A DNA stretch of 64,000 bases, taken from IMG/VR virus record IMGVR_UViG_3300042866_001263, one strand, 5' to 3'. This document shows positions 55,391-64,000 of the stretch, in pieces. Made by a program: the position numbers and the translations under genes. Origin of the DNA: a virus (Duplodnaviria; Caudoviricetes). The notes beneath the pieces were generated by a model, which was not told the origin of the DNA, made no database searches, and saw only the letters and a program-made list of their open reading frames with translations. How positions within the stretch are numbered: position 1 is the first letter of the stretch; the number at the start of each line of letters is the position of its first letter.

Positions 55391-56134
55391 ATGTTAAGTA
55401 AAGAAACCATTTTAGCAAATGCTACGCAGTTTGCTACTGGACAAACTGATTATCAAAATGATAACTTTGTAATGAATTCCCATGTTACAAAGTATCGCCA
55501 AGTTCGTCAAGCTCTCTTAGAAATTGAAAACAGATATCATGGTATCAAAAAAATTAAACTTGATGTTCGCAGGGACGAGATAAAAATAAAGGCACTTGAA
55601 AGAGATTTAGAAAAGTGTGAGGACGAATTAGAAATAGAACTAATCAGATTGGATATAGAAGAACTACAATCTGATAATGATATTCGTAAAAGGAAACTAC
55701 ATAGACAAGAACAAGAAATAGATGTTTTTGTCAAAAGAGTTCAAGAAGAAGTAGAAAGCGAAGAAGATATCCAAAGATATTTTGATCAAGACCCAGAGGA
55801 AGAAAGAAAGTATTGGATTGCTCGAATGGGCAAACAGGCTGCTATGGATATTCTTTCGTTTGGAAGAATTAGTACAGGAAATTTGGATTCGATTGCTATG
55901 CTTCCAGAAGAAGAGCAATTACAAATTCTTTCCATTGGTTTCCAATATTCAAATCTTCTTGGCGGTCAGTTAGCAAAAATCGAAGGTAAGACAAGAGAAT
56001 ATACACAACAACTTTTATCTGATGCCAACAATCTTCATCTACCAACGTTTGAAGGTATTGAGGATAACATGGAATTGAAGATGATTAATTCACTCAAGGA
56101 AATTGTGGAGCAAAAGAAACTGAACGGAAATTGA
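55391..56134 (+). CDS. coiled-coil hypothetical protein
   Basis: GGAG SD before ATG 55391; long heptad region. Confidence 0.75.
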   Translation: MLSKETILANATQFATGQTDYQNDNFVMNSHVTKYRQVRQALLEIENRYHGIKKIKLDVRRDEIKIKALERDLEKCEDELEIELIRLDIEELQSDNDIRKRKLHRQEQEIDVFVKRVQEEVESEEDIQRYFDQDPEEERKYWIARMGKQAAMDILSFGRISTGNLDSIAMLPEEEQLQILSIGFQYSNLLGGQLAKIEGKTREYTQQLLSDANNLHLPTFEGIEDNMELKMINSLKEIVEQKKLNGN

Positions 56135-56136
56135 AA

Positions 56137-56889
56137 ATGAATGAGAATTTTTGGGATTATAGTGCGATTGAAAAGAAGATTGAATTAAATAACGTCCATA
56201 GTATTTTTTCAATACCATTATTTGAAGGCACTATCATGGTTTCAAATCAAGATGAAATCATGAGCGATTTGAAAACAAAATACAATTCTTTAGGTGAAGG
56301 AGACGAACTGCTATCATCAACTGGTTCTACACTCACTCCACTAAAGGCAGAGGAACAAAAAAATGTTTCAGTAAGAAATAGAATTTCCTACTATAGTGAA
56401 GACACTTTACACGAACAAGAACTTTACAAAGAGCTGACTGTTGCTGTTGAAAAAGTAGCGCAGGATATGTTTGATCTTTATGAATACGATTGTATTACAC
56501 CACACGTAGTTACGATGTGGGGAAATGTGTTGGGTCAGCAGGGATACATCCATGCTCATTCCCATAGCAATTCTATGTTCTCTGGTGTTTGGTATCCAGA
56601 AGATCCCCCAGAAACTGAAGAGGGTTCTTTATCAAATTATATAAAATTTATTGATCCGACTAGAATTAAATTTTTCTACATGCCACAGATTAAGAAGAAA
56701 AATTCTCTTAACTCTGGTGAGATATTCATTAAACCAAGGAAAGGAATGTGTTTAATATTTCCATCGTGGTTAGAGCATGATACTATTGCAAATGAAAATC
56801 CTTTCGTTCAACGTTATAGTATTTCATTCAATATTTTTCCCAAAGGAATTTTGGGATATCCAAATTCACTAAATCGCCTTACGTTATGA
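56137..56889 (+). CDS. 2OG-Fe(II) oxygenase (TIGR02466-like)
   Basis: HAHSHSNSMFSGVWY; PRKGMCLIFPSWLEHDT; RYSISFNI. Confidence 0.85.
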   Translation: MNENFWDYSAIEKKIELNNVHSIFSIPLFEGTIMVSNQDEIMSDLKTKYNSLGEGDELLSSTGSTLTPLKAEEQKNVSVRNRISYYSEDTLHEQELYKELTVAVEKVAQDMFDLYEYDCITPHVVTMWGNVLGQQGYIHAHSHSNSMFSGVWYPEDPPETEEGSLSNYIKFIDPTRIKFFYMPQIKKKNSLNSGEIFIKPRKGMCLIFPSWLEHDTIANENPFVQRYSISFNIFPKGILGYPNSLNRLTL

Positions 56890-57536
56890 GCACTCTTGAA
56901 ATATTCCCAGAAGCTATTGGGAAGTATTCTTTTGATTATGAAAGTAGAATTAAAATTAAAGATCTTTGTTTTGATATAATCAAAAGAAATTCTTTTTCTA
57001 AGAATAAAGATAGTAATAATTTATACCACTATTGTAATACCAACAAAGAAAATTTATTAAATCTGGAGCAGTTTAAATGGTTTGAAGAAAAGATCTCAAC
57101 ATTTGCTGCCGACTATATCGAAAATATTTTAGGATATGAGTTAAAAGATGGTGTTGTAATTACAGACTGCTGGATGAATTTATGCCAAAATAATGGTGAT
57201 CAGTTTTTACACAATCATGGCAACTCATTTATTTCTGGAACATACTATGTCAATTTTAATCCAGATGTTCATGGCAAATTAAAATTTCAGAATAAAAATA
57301 TGATGTCTGGAATGAACTCTGCTCCTTATCTAGAATTAACAATTAAAAAGAATACAAAATACAACTCTGGAGGAGCAATAATGAATTATAATGAAGGCGA
57401 TGTATTGCTATGGCAATCACATTTAATTCATGGATATAGTGGTAATAATTCAGACAATCGCATTAGCATCTCATTTAATATTATGCCCAAACATTTTTAT
57501 AATAATTCATATTCATTTAAGGTGGTGAGAGAATGA
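56886..57536 (+). CDS. 2OG-Fe(II) oxygenase (TIGR02466-like)
   Basis: HNHGNSFISGTYY; EGDVLLWQSHLIHG; RISISFNI. Confidence 0.85.
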   Translation: MSTLEIFPEAIGKYSFDYESRIKIKDLCFDIIKRNSFSKNKDSNNLYHYCNTNKENLLNLEQFKWFEEKISTFAADYIENILGYELKDGVVITDCWMNLCQNNGDQFLHNHGNSFISGTYYVNFNPDVHGKLKFQNKNMMSGMNSAPYLELTIKKNTKYNSGGAIMNYNEGDVLLWQSHLIHGYSGNNSDNRISISFNIMPKHFYNNSYSFKVVRE

Positions 57537-58201
57537 TATTAATAGAAAGTGATTATCTCGAAAGAGTTTGTCAAATTAATCCAGAGGCAAAGATCGAAGA
57601 CGTTGTATACGATGGGGTTAAGTTTAAGTGTATCAGAAACTTTCTTAAAAATCCAGAAGAGTACATCGAGTTAATACAACAATTTCCAGCAACTAGAGAT
57701 CACACATATTCTCCTGGTTTCAGACAAGACATCCCACCATGGGTAGCTAAATTTATTACCCTGTATATTCAAGAACATGTGGGTCAATGGAAACCTGCTA
57801 GGGTTTCTTGTAACATTTACAGTGGTAATATGCTAATGAAAGAGCATTCTAATTTACCACATTCAGATCCATTCTATGGTATTTGGAATTTATGGTTAAA
57901 CAAAAAATGTTTAGGTGGAACTGCTTTTTGGGCACATAAAAATAAGTTGCATGTTAGTGAGTTGTCAGAAGAAGAATATAATTACTTATTTGATAAACCA
58001 TTAAATGGTTCTGGTTACGAAACTTGGAAAAACTTTAAAGGAGATGAGGACTGGAAGATGACATGTATTGCTCCCATGGAGTATAACACACTTCTCTTCT
58101 ATAATGGTGGATTTTTTCATTCTCCATGGATCCAAGAAAGCTGGTATTTAGATGAGTATAGATACAGTATGGTTGGCATGGGAGATTTTGAAAATGTTTA
58201 G
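57533..58201 (+). CDS. 2OG-Fe(II) oxygenase (DUF6445-like)
   Basis: PHSDP; GGTAFW; YNTLLFYNGGFFHSP. Confidence 0.75.
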   Translation: MILIESDYLERVCQINPEAKIEDVVYDGVKFKCIRNFLKNPEEYIELIQQFPATRDHTYSPGFRQDIPPWVAKFITLYIQEHVGQWKPARVSCNIYSGNMLMKEHSNLPHSDPFYGIWNLWLNKKCLGGTAFWAHKNKLHVSELSEEEYNYLFDKPLNGSGYETWKNFKGDEDWKMTCIAPMEYNTLLFYNGGFFHSPWIQESWYLDEYRYSMVGMGDFENV

Positions 58202-59885
58202 TTTACCAATTAATCCAAAGATCGATGAGAACTTCGCTAATAATATTCTCATTCCTTTTCTAAAAAAATACAAGCAATACATCTTTGACTTATATTTCAC
58301 TTGTCGTATGCCTCCCTTTATGCAGGATGCCATGGGTGATGTGTTCGAAGATGACTTGAGACAGACAACCTTTAATGCATTATACATTCAAAAGCAAACT
58401 GGTATTCCTCTGTCTGCTACGTTCAACAATCCTTATGTAAGACCAACCCAAGAAAATTTGGATTTGTTTATCAATAACTTCAAATACATCTATGAAGCTG
58501 GTGTTAGAACAGTAACTCTTCCACACACTTCATGGATGCTTACTGGGCAAATTCAAAAGGAGATGCCAGAACTTTATATCAAGAATACTATTCTACATGA
58601 AGTCACAAAGGCAAATGATATTGTCTCGCTTGCTAAAGCAGGTTTTAATTACATCAACCTCGATAGAGATTTGATGAGAGATCAAGACCAACTCAGGCGT
58701 CTCAAGGAAGCAAAAGAGTATTGTGCTTCTATCGGAAAACCAGTTAAGTTCTCTATGCTTGCTAATGAAGGATGCTGGGGTGGATGCCCTATCATGCCAG
58801 AGCATTACCACTATAATAACACAAGAGAGAACCACGAACCACCATACTTTGGTAACATCATCAGTCGTGTATCTTGTGCTAAGTGGGAACAGCAAGATAG
58901 TTCTGCTGTCCTGAAATCATCTAATCTACCACCCTGGAAAAAAGATTGGGAAGAGATGTTTGATCTAGGCATCGATGTTTTCAAACTACATGGCAGAGAA
59001 AGTGTCATGCGTCTTAGGGAAAGTATGGATATCATTGAACGTTGGGCGAAAGATGAAGAACTGCTGTTCCCAGAACTCAATACCTATATCCAAGATAAGA
59101 GTTTGAATGAAAGACCTATTGATATCTGGCGTGAGAAGATCAAAACTTGTAAGTTTGATTGCTGGGACTGTAACTACTGCGAGGCAGTAATTGACGCTCA
59201 CCACAAGAAGCAAGATAGAGTAGTTCATCCATTAGTTACTCTAACACTTGACGCTATTGATAAATCTGCTACTGGAGACACTAAGTTCGATCCACAAGGA
59301 TTTAATATCGAAGGTTTATCTTCTGATAGAGTAAGACATTTTCTCAATCACCTATGTTCTGATCCAAAGAATACTTATTTGGAAATTGGATGTTATACGG
59401 GCAGCACATACTTTGCTGCTATTATGGGAAACAATATTGTTTCATATGCTGTCGATAACTTTGCAGCACCCATATCACCAGCTAGAGATGACATCGAATG
59501 GAAAGGATCTAAGGATCCCAAGGCAGAACTTGCAAGAAATAATGTCTTGTTCGGCAGTTTAAAATCTGCTATAATTGATGTGGATGCGAGACAATTAACT
59601 CAGTCTCACTTCTCAAAAAAACCCAACATCATATTCTATGATGGAGAGCACGATGAACAGCAAATAGATTGTCTGAATAATCTATTACCCAATCTACCAG
59701 ATACATTTATTTTGGTTTTGGATGATGCTAATTTTGATGGAGTTATCCGTAATGGGGAAAAATTTATAGGTATAAATAACCTACAGGTTCTATTTGAAAG
59801 GCAAATCATAACGCCTCAGATAGAAGATGCCGCCAGTTGGTGGAATGGATTAGCAGTTTATGTTTTAACTAAAAAGGAGATTTGA
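58194..59885 (+). CDS. U32-family Fe-S TIM-barrel protein fused to a class I SAM methyltransferase
   Basis: N-terminal half: LANEGCWGGCP, RVSC, GIDVFKLHGRE (cf. U32 KIEGR), CKFDCWDCNYC. C-terminal half: YLEIGCYTGST, AVDNF, IFYDGEH, LVLDDANF. ATG 58194 follows GGAGA. Confidence 0.75.
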   Translation: MFSLPINPKIDENFANNILIPFLKKYKQYIFDLYFTCRMPPFMQDAMGDVFEDDLRQTTFNALYIQKQTGIPLSATFNNPYVRPTQENLDLFINNFKYIYEAGVRTVTLPHTSWMLTGQIQKEMPELYIKNTILHEVTKANDIVSLAKAGFNYINLDRDLMRDQDQLRRLKEAKEYCASIGKPVKFSMLANEGCWGGCPIMPEHYHYNNTRENHEPPYFGNIISRVSCAKWEQQDSSAVLKSSNLPPWKKDWEEMFDLGIDVFKLHGRESVMRLRESMDIIERWAKDEELLFPELNTYIQDKSLNERPIDIWREKIKTCKFDCWDCNYCEAVIDAHHKKQDRVVHPLVTLTLDAIDKSATGDTKFDPQGFNIEGLSSDRVRHFLNHLCSDPKNTYLEIGCYTGSTYFAAIMGNNIVSYAVDNFAAPISPARDDIEWKGSKDPKAELARNNVLFGSLKSAIIDVDARQLTQSHFSKKPNIIFYDGEHDEQQIDCLNNLLPNLPDTFILVLDDANFDGVIRNGEKFIGINNLQVLFERQIITPQIEDAASWWNGLAVYVLTKKEI

Positions 59886-59890
59886 TTACT

Positions 59891-60082
59891 ATGGCAACCG
59901 ATACCGCAACACTGAAAGAAAATTTCACTACTCAACTTACTAACGTTGACGCTCAGATTGTCAAACTAGAAGAAGAACTAGCAAAAGCAAAGGAATACAA
60001 ACTCAAGCTTCAAGGTGGTCTAGAAACTCTAGAACTTCTCACTCCAACTGAAGAAGCACCTGCCGAAGCAGCAGCAGAATAA
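59891..60082 (+). CDS. small coiled-coil protein
   Basis: AGGAG SD before ATG 59891. Confidence 0.7.
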   Translation: MATDTATLKENFTTQLTNVDAQIVKLEEELAKAKEYKLKLQGGLETLELLTPTEEAPAEAAAE

Positions 60083-60088
60083 TCCCAG

Positions 60089-60125
60089 ATCCCTTCTTAC
60101 TAAATATGTAAGAAGGGATTTTTTG
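60089..60125 (+). terminator. intrinsic terminator with a late promoter in its loop
   Basis: ATCCCTTCTTAC-taaatat-GTAAGAAGGGAT perfect 12-bp stem followed by a T run. Confidence 0.8.
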
Positions 60126-60131
60126 TGTCTA

Positions 60132-60932
60132 ATGGCATCTCCAAACAGCAGGGCTTCTCTCATCACATATTGTAAGAGACAACTGGGAGAGCCAGTCCTC
60201 CAAATCAATATTGATGACGAGCAAGTAAGTAACGTTATTGACGACACCATACAGTTTTTCCAAGAGAACTGCTACAACGGTATGGAGCGTTGCTACCTAC
60301 GCCACGAGATGAATGCTGCAGATAAAGCAAGATTATCCGATAAGATCACAACTTTAAATGGGACCACTAGCTGGGAAGAAGCAACAAATTATATCCCAAT
60401 CCCAGATCATATTGTGGGTGTTAGTAAAGTATTTGGAATGGTTGGAAATAGCATTCGCAGCAATCTATTTGGTATCGAATATCAGATCTTCCTTAATGAC
60501 CTCTACGCTTTTGGATCTCTCGATATTCTAAACTACTTCATGACAAAGCAGTATCTAGAAACTCTAGATATGATCCTAAACAACGGATCATTCCAGCAGT
60601 TCAGATATACGATGCGTCGTGATCGTCTGTATCTAGATATTGACAAAGACTTCTTACAAGAGGGCCAGTGGTTATTGATTGAGGCACACCGCCTTGTCAA
60701 TCCAAATGATGCAACAGAAATGTATAACGATATGTTCGTGAAGCGTTATGCTACTGCTCTTATGAAAAAGCAGTGGGGACAAAATCTCATCAAATACAAT
60801 AACGTTCAACTGCCTGGTGGTATTACACTGAATGGCAGACAGTTGTATGAAGATGCTATCGCTGAGATTGAAAAGATCGAAAGCGAAGTGCTAAGTAAGT
60901 ATGCAGAACCACCTATGGATATGATCGGATAA
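60132..60932 (+). CDS. gp13: neck protein gp13
   Basis: LITYCKRQLGEPVLQINIDDEQ; KKQWGQNLIKY..VQLPGGITLNG..LYEDA. Confidence 0.93.
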   Translation: MASPNSRASLITYCKRQLGEPVLQINIDDEQVSNVIDDTIQFFQENCYNGMERCYLRHEMNAADKARLSDKITTLNGTTSWEEATNYIPIPDHIVGVSKVFGMVGNSIRSNLFGIEYQIFLNDLYAFGSLDILNYFMTKQYLETLDMILNNGSFQQFRYTMRRDRLYLDIDKDFLQEGQWLLIEAHRLVNPNDATEMYNDMFVKRYATALMKKQWGQNLIKYNNVQLPGGITLNGRQLYEDAIAEIEKIESEVLSKYAEPPMDMIG

Positions 60933-60933
60933 G

Positions 60934-61818
60934 ATGCCTACCAGTCCTTATTTTCCCACCTACTACCAAGGTCATCCTGGCGAACAAAACCTAGCCCAGG
61001 ATCTAGCAGACGAACAGATCAAACTGTTTGGAACAGATATCTATTATCTTCCCAGAACCATGCTGAAAGATAATACGTTAGATGACATCATCTATTCCAA
61101 ATATCAAGATCAATTCCAGATTGAAATGCTACTACAGAATGTGGAAGGTTTTGGTGAGCAGTCAGAATTCATCAGTAAGTTTGGTGTTCAGATTACGGAT
61201 GAGGTAAAGTTTATTGTCTCATCTAGAAGATGGGATCAGGCAGAGGCGCAGTACAATCCAACGCTTACTGTTCCTGGAAGACCTAATGATGGTGATTTAT
61301 TATTCTTCCCACTCACTACAGATATTTACGAAATCAAATTTGTAGAAAGAGAAACTCCATTCTACCAGTTTGGTAAAATCCAATTCTTTATTCTTACTGC
61401 TGAAATCTATAACGTCGGTAATGACTTTATCGATACTGGAGTTCCAGCAATTGACGAGATCGAAAATCTATTCAGTTCTGCAATTGCGATTACATTTGGT
61501 CCTGGTGGAACTGATACTTTTGAACCAGGAGAATTGGTAACTGGAGGAACAACTGGCACAGAAGCAGTTGTCAAGTCTTGGAACCCAACAACAAGAGTGC
61601 TTCAGGTCATTCATAGAACTGGCACTTTTGCTACTGGCGAAACCGTAACTGGAGATGATAGTGGAGCTGTGTGGGTAGTTGGTACATTTGATACTCTAAA
61701 TAATACCAACAGTCCATACGATCAGAACAGAGAGATCGAAGATACCGCTGACGAAATCGTTGATTGGACTGAAAGAAACCCATTTGGTGAATTTGGAAAT
61801 TATACAGGTAGCGTCTGA
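60934..61818 (+). CDS. gp14: neck protein gp14
   Basis: EQIKLFG.DIYYLPR; FISKFG.Q..DE; RPNDGDLLFFPL..IYEIKFVE.E.PFYQ.G; NPFGE. Confidence 0.93.
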   Translation: MPTSPYFPTYYQGHPGEQNLAQDLADEQIKLFGTDIYYLPRTMLKDNTLDDIIYSKYQDQFQIEMLLQNVEGFGEQSEFISKFGVQITDEVKFIVSSRRWDQAEAQYNPTLTVPGRPNDGDLLFFPLTTDIYEIKFVERETPFYQFGKIQFFILTAEIYNVGNDFIDTGVPAIDEIENLFSSAIAITFGPGGTDTFEPGELVTGGTTGTEAVVKSWNPTTRVLQVIHRTGTFATGETVTGDDSGAVWVVGTFDTLNNTNSPYDQNREIEDTADEIVDWTERNPFGEFGNYTGSV

Positions 61819-62621
61819 TGTTAGGATCACATTTTTATAACGAGATTACCCGCAAGAATATTATTGCTTTTGGTACTCTCTTCAACAATATTACGTTGAG
61901 AAAGGTAGATCCAAATAATGGAGATATTCTTGAGGAAGAAAAAGTACCTCTAGCATATGGTCCAAAACAAAAATTCCTTGCTCGCCTAGAACAGAACCCA
62001 GATGTAGGCAGAAAGGTAGGTATTACTTTGCCACGTCTCTATTTCGAGATGACAGGAATTGACTACGATGCTGCCCGTAAAACGTCTCCAATTCAAAAAT
62101 ACAAAACAATCATTGCTGATAATGGTAGTGAGGTCAGAGTTCAGTATGTTCCTGTTCCTTATAATATGAGTTTTGAATTGGGTATCATATCCAAATCACA
62201 GGATGATGCCCTACAAATTATTGAACAGATCCTACCATACTTCCAACCATCTTTCTCATTGACGCTCAACATGATCCCAGAGATGGATGAGAAGAAAGAT
62301 GTTGCTATCGTTCTCAACGATATCAGTTATGAAGATGAGTGGGAAGATGACTACATGCAACGTAGATACATTACTTACACACTAAGATTTACTGCCAAAA
62401 CATACTTCTACGGTCCATACAGTCAGTCCGATATTATCAAGAAAGCAATTGTTTACGAAACTCTTGGTGATGCTGCTGTTAGCAGAAGAACCATCAAGAG
62501 AACATATACTCCTGTTGCGATCGAAGATGAGGATGGAGATAATGATGTAGATGCTCAGGATACAGCAATCCTAACTGCTGACGATAATTTTGGTTTCAAC
62601 GAAGGTATAGAATTCTATTGA
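61818..62621 (+). CDS. gp15: tail sheath stabiliser / tail terminator gp15
   Basis: IIAFGTLFNNI; KVPLAYGPKQKFLARL; LPRL.FEMTG; PVPYN..FEL; QIIEQILPYFQP. Confidence 0.93.
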   Translation: MLGSHFYNEITRKNIIAFGTLFNNITLRKVDPNNGDILEEEKVPLAYGPKQKFLARLEQNPDVGRKVGITLPRLYFEMTGIDYDAARKTSPIQKYKTIIADNGSEVRVQYVPVPYNMSFELGIISKSQDDALQIIEQILPYFQPSFSLTLNMIPEMDEKKDVAIVLNDISYEDEWEDDYMQRRYITYTLRFTAKTYFYGPYSQSDIIKKAIVYETLGDAAVSRRTIKRTYTPVAIEDEDGDNDVDAQDTAILTADDNFGFNEGIEFY

Positions 62622-62622
62622 T

Positions 62623-63030
62623 ATGAGCTTAGAGGAAAACATGGAAGAACTATTGAATATCGAGGCGGAGGTTATCGAAGAACCAAAACCTGTGAGGGTT
62701 GAGCGTGAAGGTGACAAGGAAGACAAGATCAAAGACTACGAATATACACGAGGAGAATTATACAACCTCATCAGCAAGGGTCAGGAGGCGGTACAAGGCG
62801 CCTTAGAGGTCGCACAGGAGAGCGGACACCCTAGAGCATATGAAGTCGCTGTGAACGCCATGAAGCAGGTAGCAGACATGACTGACAAGCTTGTAGATCT
62901 TCAGAAGAAGATGAAGGATCTAGATGCAGAGAATAAAAAAGTTACAAATGTTACAAACAATGCCATGTTTGTAGGCAGCACAACTGAGCTTCAGAAGATG
63001 CTGAAGCAGATGGGAGGAGGCAAACGATAA
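62623..63030 (+). CDS. gp16: terminase small subunit gp16
   Basis: DYEYTRGELYNLISKG..A...ALEVA.ES.HPRAYEV; NNAMFVGST.ELQKML. Confidence 0.92.
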   Translation: MSLEENMEELLNIEAEVIEEPKPVRVEREGDKEDKIKDYEYTRGELYNLISKGQEAVQGALEVAQESGHPRAYEVAVNAMKQVADMTDKLVDLQKKMKDLDAENKKVTNVTNNAMFVGSTTELQKMLKQMGGGKR

Positions 63031-63033
63031 ATA
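63027..63033 (+). promoter_or_regulatory. late promoter
   Basis: ATAAATA overlapping the gp16 stop. Confidence 0.6.
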
Positions 63034-63057
63034 TTTTGTTGTCTCCATATTCAAGCG

Positions 63058-63159
63058 ATGGCAAAGTCTGCTAACAAGAAGGGAAAGAAAGCACCTTCAA
63101 AACAAAACCAAGGTAATGCAACTGCGAAGAAAGCAAAGAATGGAGGCAAGAAAAAATGA
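63058..63159 (+). CDS. Lys-rich basic peptide
   Basis: 33 aa MAKSANKKGKKAPSKQNQGNATAKKAKNGGKKK, ATGA-coupled to the next ORF. Confidence 0.6.
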   Translation: MAKSANKKGKKAPSKQNQGNATAKKAKNGGKKK

Positions 63160-63347
63160 TGTCTGCTATAGCTTTTGTAATTATCGGCATGTCAGAGGTC
63201 TCGCCAAATATTTGCCAGATTGATTACATGAGATATGTAGATATTCAATCTGTAAAGGTTCCATGTGATCTCATAAAACTAAATACTATTGATACGAAGT
63301 CGGAAGATGCCAGTTCCAGCAACCAACCTAAACTACATCAGAAATGA
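63156..63347 (+). CDS. hypothetical protein
   Basis: 63 aa with hydrophobic N-terminus and two Cys. Confidence 0.55.
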   Translation: MMSAIAFVIIGMSEVSPNICQIDYMRYVDIQSVKVPCDLIKLNTIDTKSEDASSSNQPKLHQK

Positions 63348-63585
63348 TGCGAACTGTGATCCACTAGCGATACAACCTGCTTCTACTACCGTTGATGTAT
63401 TCGACGGAACAGAAGGTTGGACGGCATTTCAGTATAAAGACTTCAATGGTGATTATGTAGCTAGGAATATAGATAATACATCAAGAACTCCTGGAACATT
63501 TCAAGCAAGGAACTACGATAATACTACTAGAACTCCTGCTGATTATCAACGTTATGACACAACAAATAATCCAGTATTAGCATAA
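63307..63585 (+). CDS. hypothetical protein with short internal repeat
   Basis: ARNIDNTSRTP / ARNYDNTTRTP; ATG 63307 follows a CTAAATA at 63279-63285. Confidence 0.7.
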   Translation: MPVPATNLNYIRNDANCDPLAIQPASTTVDVFDGTEGWTAFQYKDFNGDYVARNIDNTSRTPGTFQARNYDNTTRTPADYQRYDTTNNPVLA

Positions 63586-64000
63586 TGGCACAGTATAGCA
63601 AACACTACGAGGATCTCCTACCACAGGAGAAAACAAACTTTGAGGTAGTCATGATTGCCGATAACTTCGGTAATCTTACTGCTGGAACTGGTGCGACTGC
63701 TGTTGATGCCTTTGGTCGTTTGAGAGTTGCCGAGACATTTACTCTAGGTGATTACAAGCATCTCTATGCTATTGACCCTAACTTCAACAATAGAACATTG
63801 AATGGTGCTACTATTCAATATGACGTGAATAAAGCATGTGCTAGGATGACAACAACATCTAATGTTGCTTCGAGTGCTGCTCACCAAACAAAGTTTTATC
63901 ATCATTACCAGCCAGGTAAATCACAAGTTATCTTTAGTTCGGTATGCTTTGGTTACGCCCAACAGAATGTAACCAAGAGAACTGGATATTTTGATGACAG
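63585..64000 (+). CDS. conserved virion-associated protein (3' partial)
   Basis: MAQYSKHY...AVDAFGRLRVAETFTLGDYKH..., open to the end of the window. Confidence 0.75.
   Translation, partial: MAQYSKHYEDLLPQEKTNFEVVMIADNFGNLTAGTGATAVDAFGRLRVAETFTLGDYKHLYAIDPNFNNRTLNGATIQYDVNKACARMTTTSNVASSAAHQTKFYHHYQPGKSQVIFSSVCFGYAQQNVTKRTGYFDD

Noticed and set aside
58194-59200. Labelling the U32 domain a collagenase/protease
   Set aside because: That is a historical family name; characterised members are Fe-S hydroxylation enzymes and this protein is Cys-rich.
190-60250. All minus-strand ORFs in the track (e.g. 1870-2277, 12107-12775, 12153-12641, 31518-31901)
   Set aside because: They shadow well-supported + strand genes, show no recognisable motifs, and in the GC-rich island long antisense frames are expected by chance.
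1-64000. tRNA, rRNA, introns, inteins, homing endonucleases, transposases, reverse transcriptase/DGR
   Set aside because: I recognised no cloverleaf, LAGLIDADG/HNH/GIY-YIG, intein or RT motif by eye. The giant ORFs read through uninterrupted. A tRNAscan-SE/Infernal run is still needed to exclude small RNAs.
62623-64000. Missing gp17 immediately after gp16 as a sign of rearrangement
   Set aside because: Inserted ORFs between gp16 and gp17 are common in cyanomyoviruses; gp17 probably lies beyond the window.

Overview
A 64 kb piece of a large T4-like myovirus genome, most likely a cyanomyovirus (Kyanoviridae-like) of picocyanobacteria. This is inferred from gene order and gene types, not from a database search. 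Essentially all real genes are on the + strand. (1) 1-9460: about 37 tightly packed small accessory ORFs, including an AbrB-like protein, an SPFH-like membrane protein and a QueG/RdhA-like double [4Fe-4S] protein. An origin-like AT-rich region with cyanobacterial-type DnaA boxes lies at 8836-9016. (2) 9450-13340: a GC-rich early (host-takeover) island of mini-genes, including an ArdA-like antirestriction protein and an orphan HicA-like toxin that the ORF track misses. Almost every gene there has its own promoter, made of a 22-bp palindrome (GTG[A/C]CAGT-N6-A[C/G]TG[G/T]CAC) sitting 29-31 bp upstream of a -10 box. I found 15 copies by eye across 1681-12878, and several promoters look leaderless. 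(3) 13480-64000: an AT-rich late virion module: PAAR-like, gp25, gp6, gp7, gp8, VrlC-like, tail-fibre proteins, three tandem LamG genes, three 2OG-Fe(II) oxygenases, a U32-type Fe-S protein fused to a methyltransferase, gp13, gp14, gp15 and gp16. The most novel-looking signals are four phycobiliprotein-like (globin-fold) domains with conserved chromophore-type Cys inside gp7 and the long tail fibre, the U32-methyltransferase fusion, the QueG-like gene, and the palindrome-driven early regulon. All family assignments come from motif recognition by eye.
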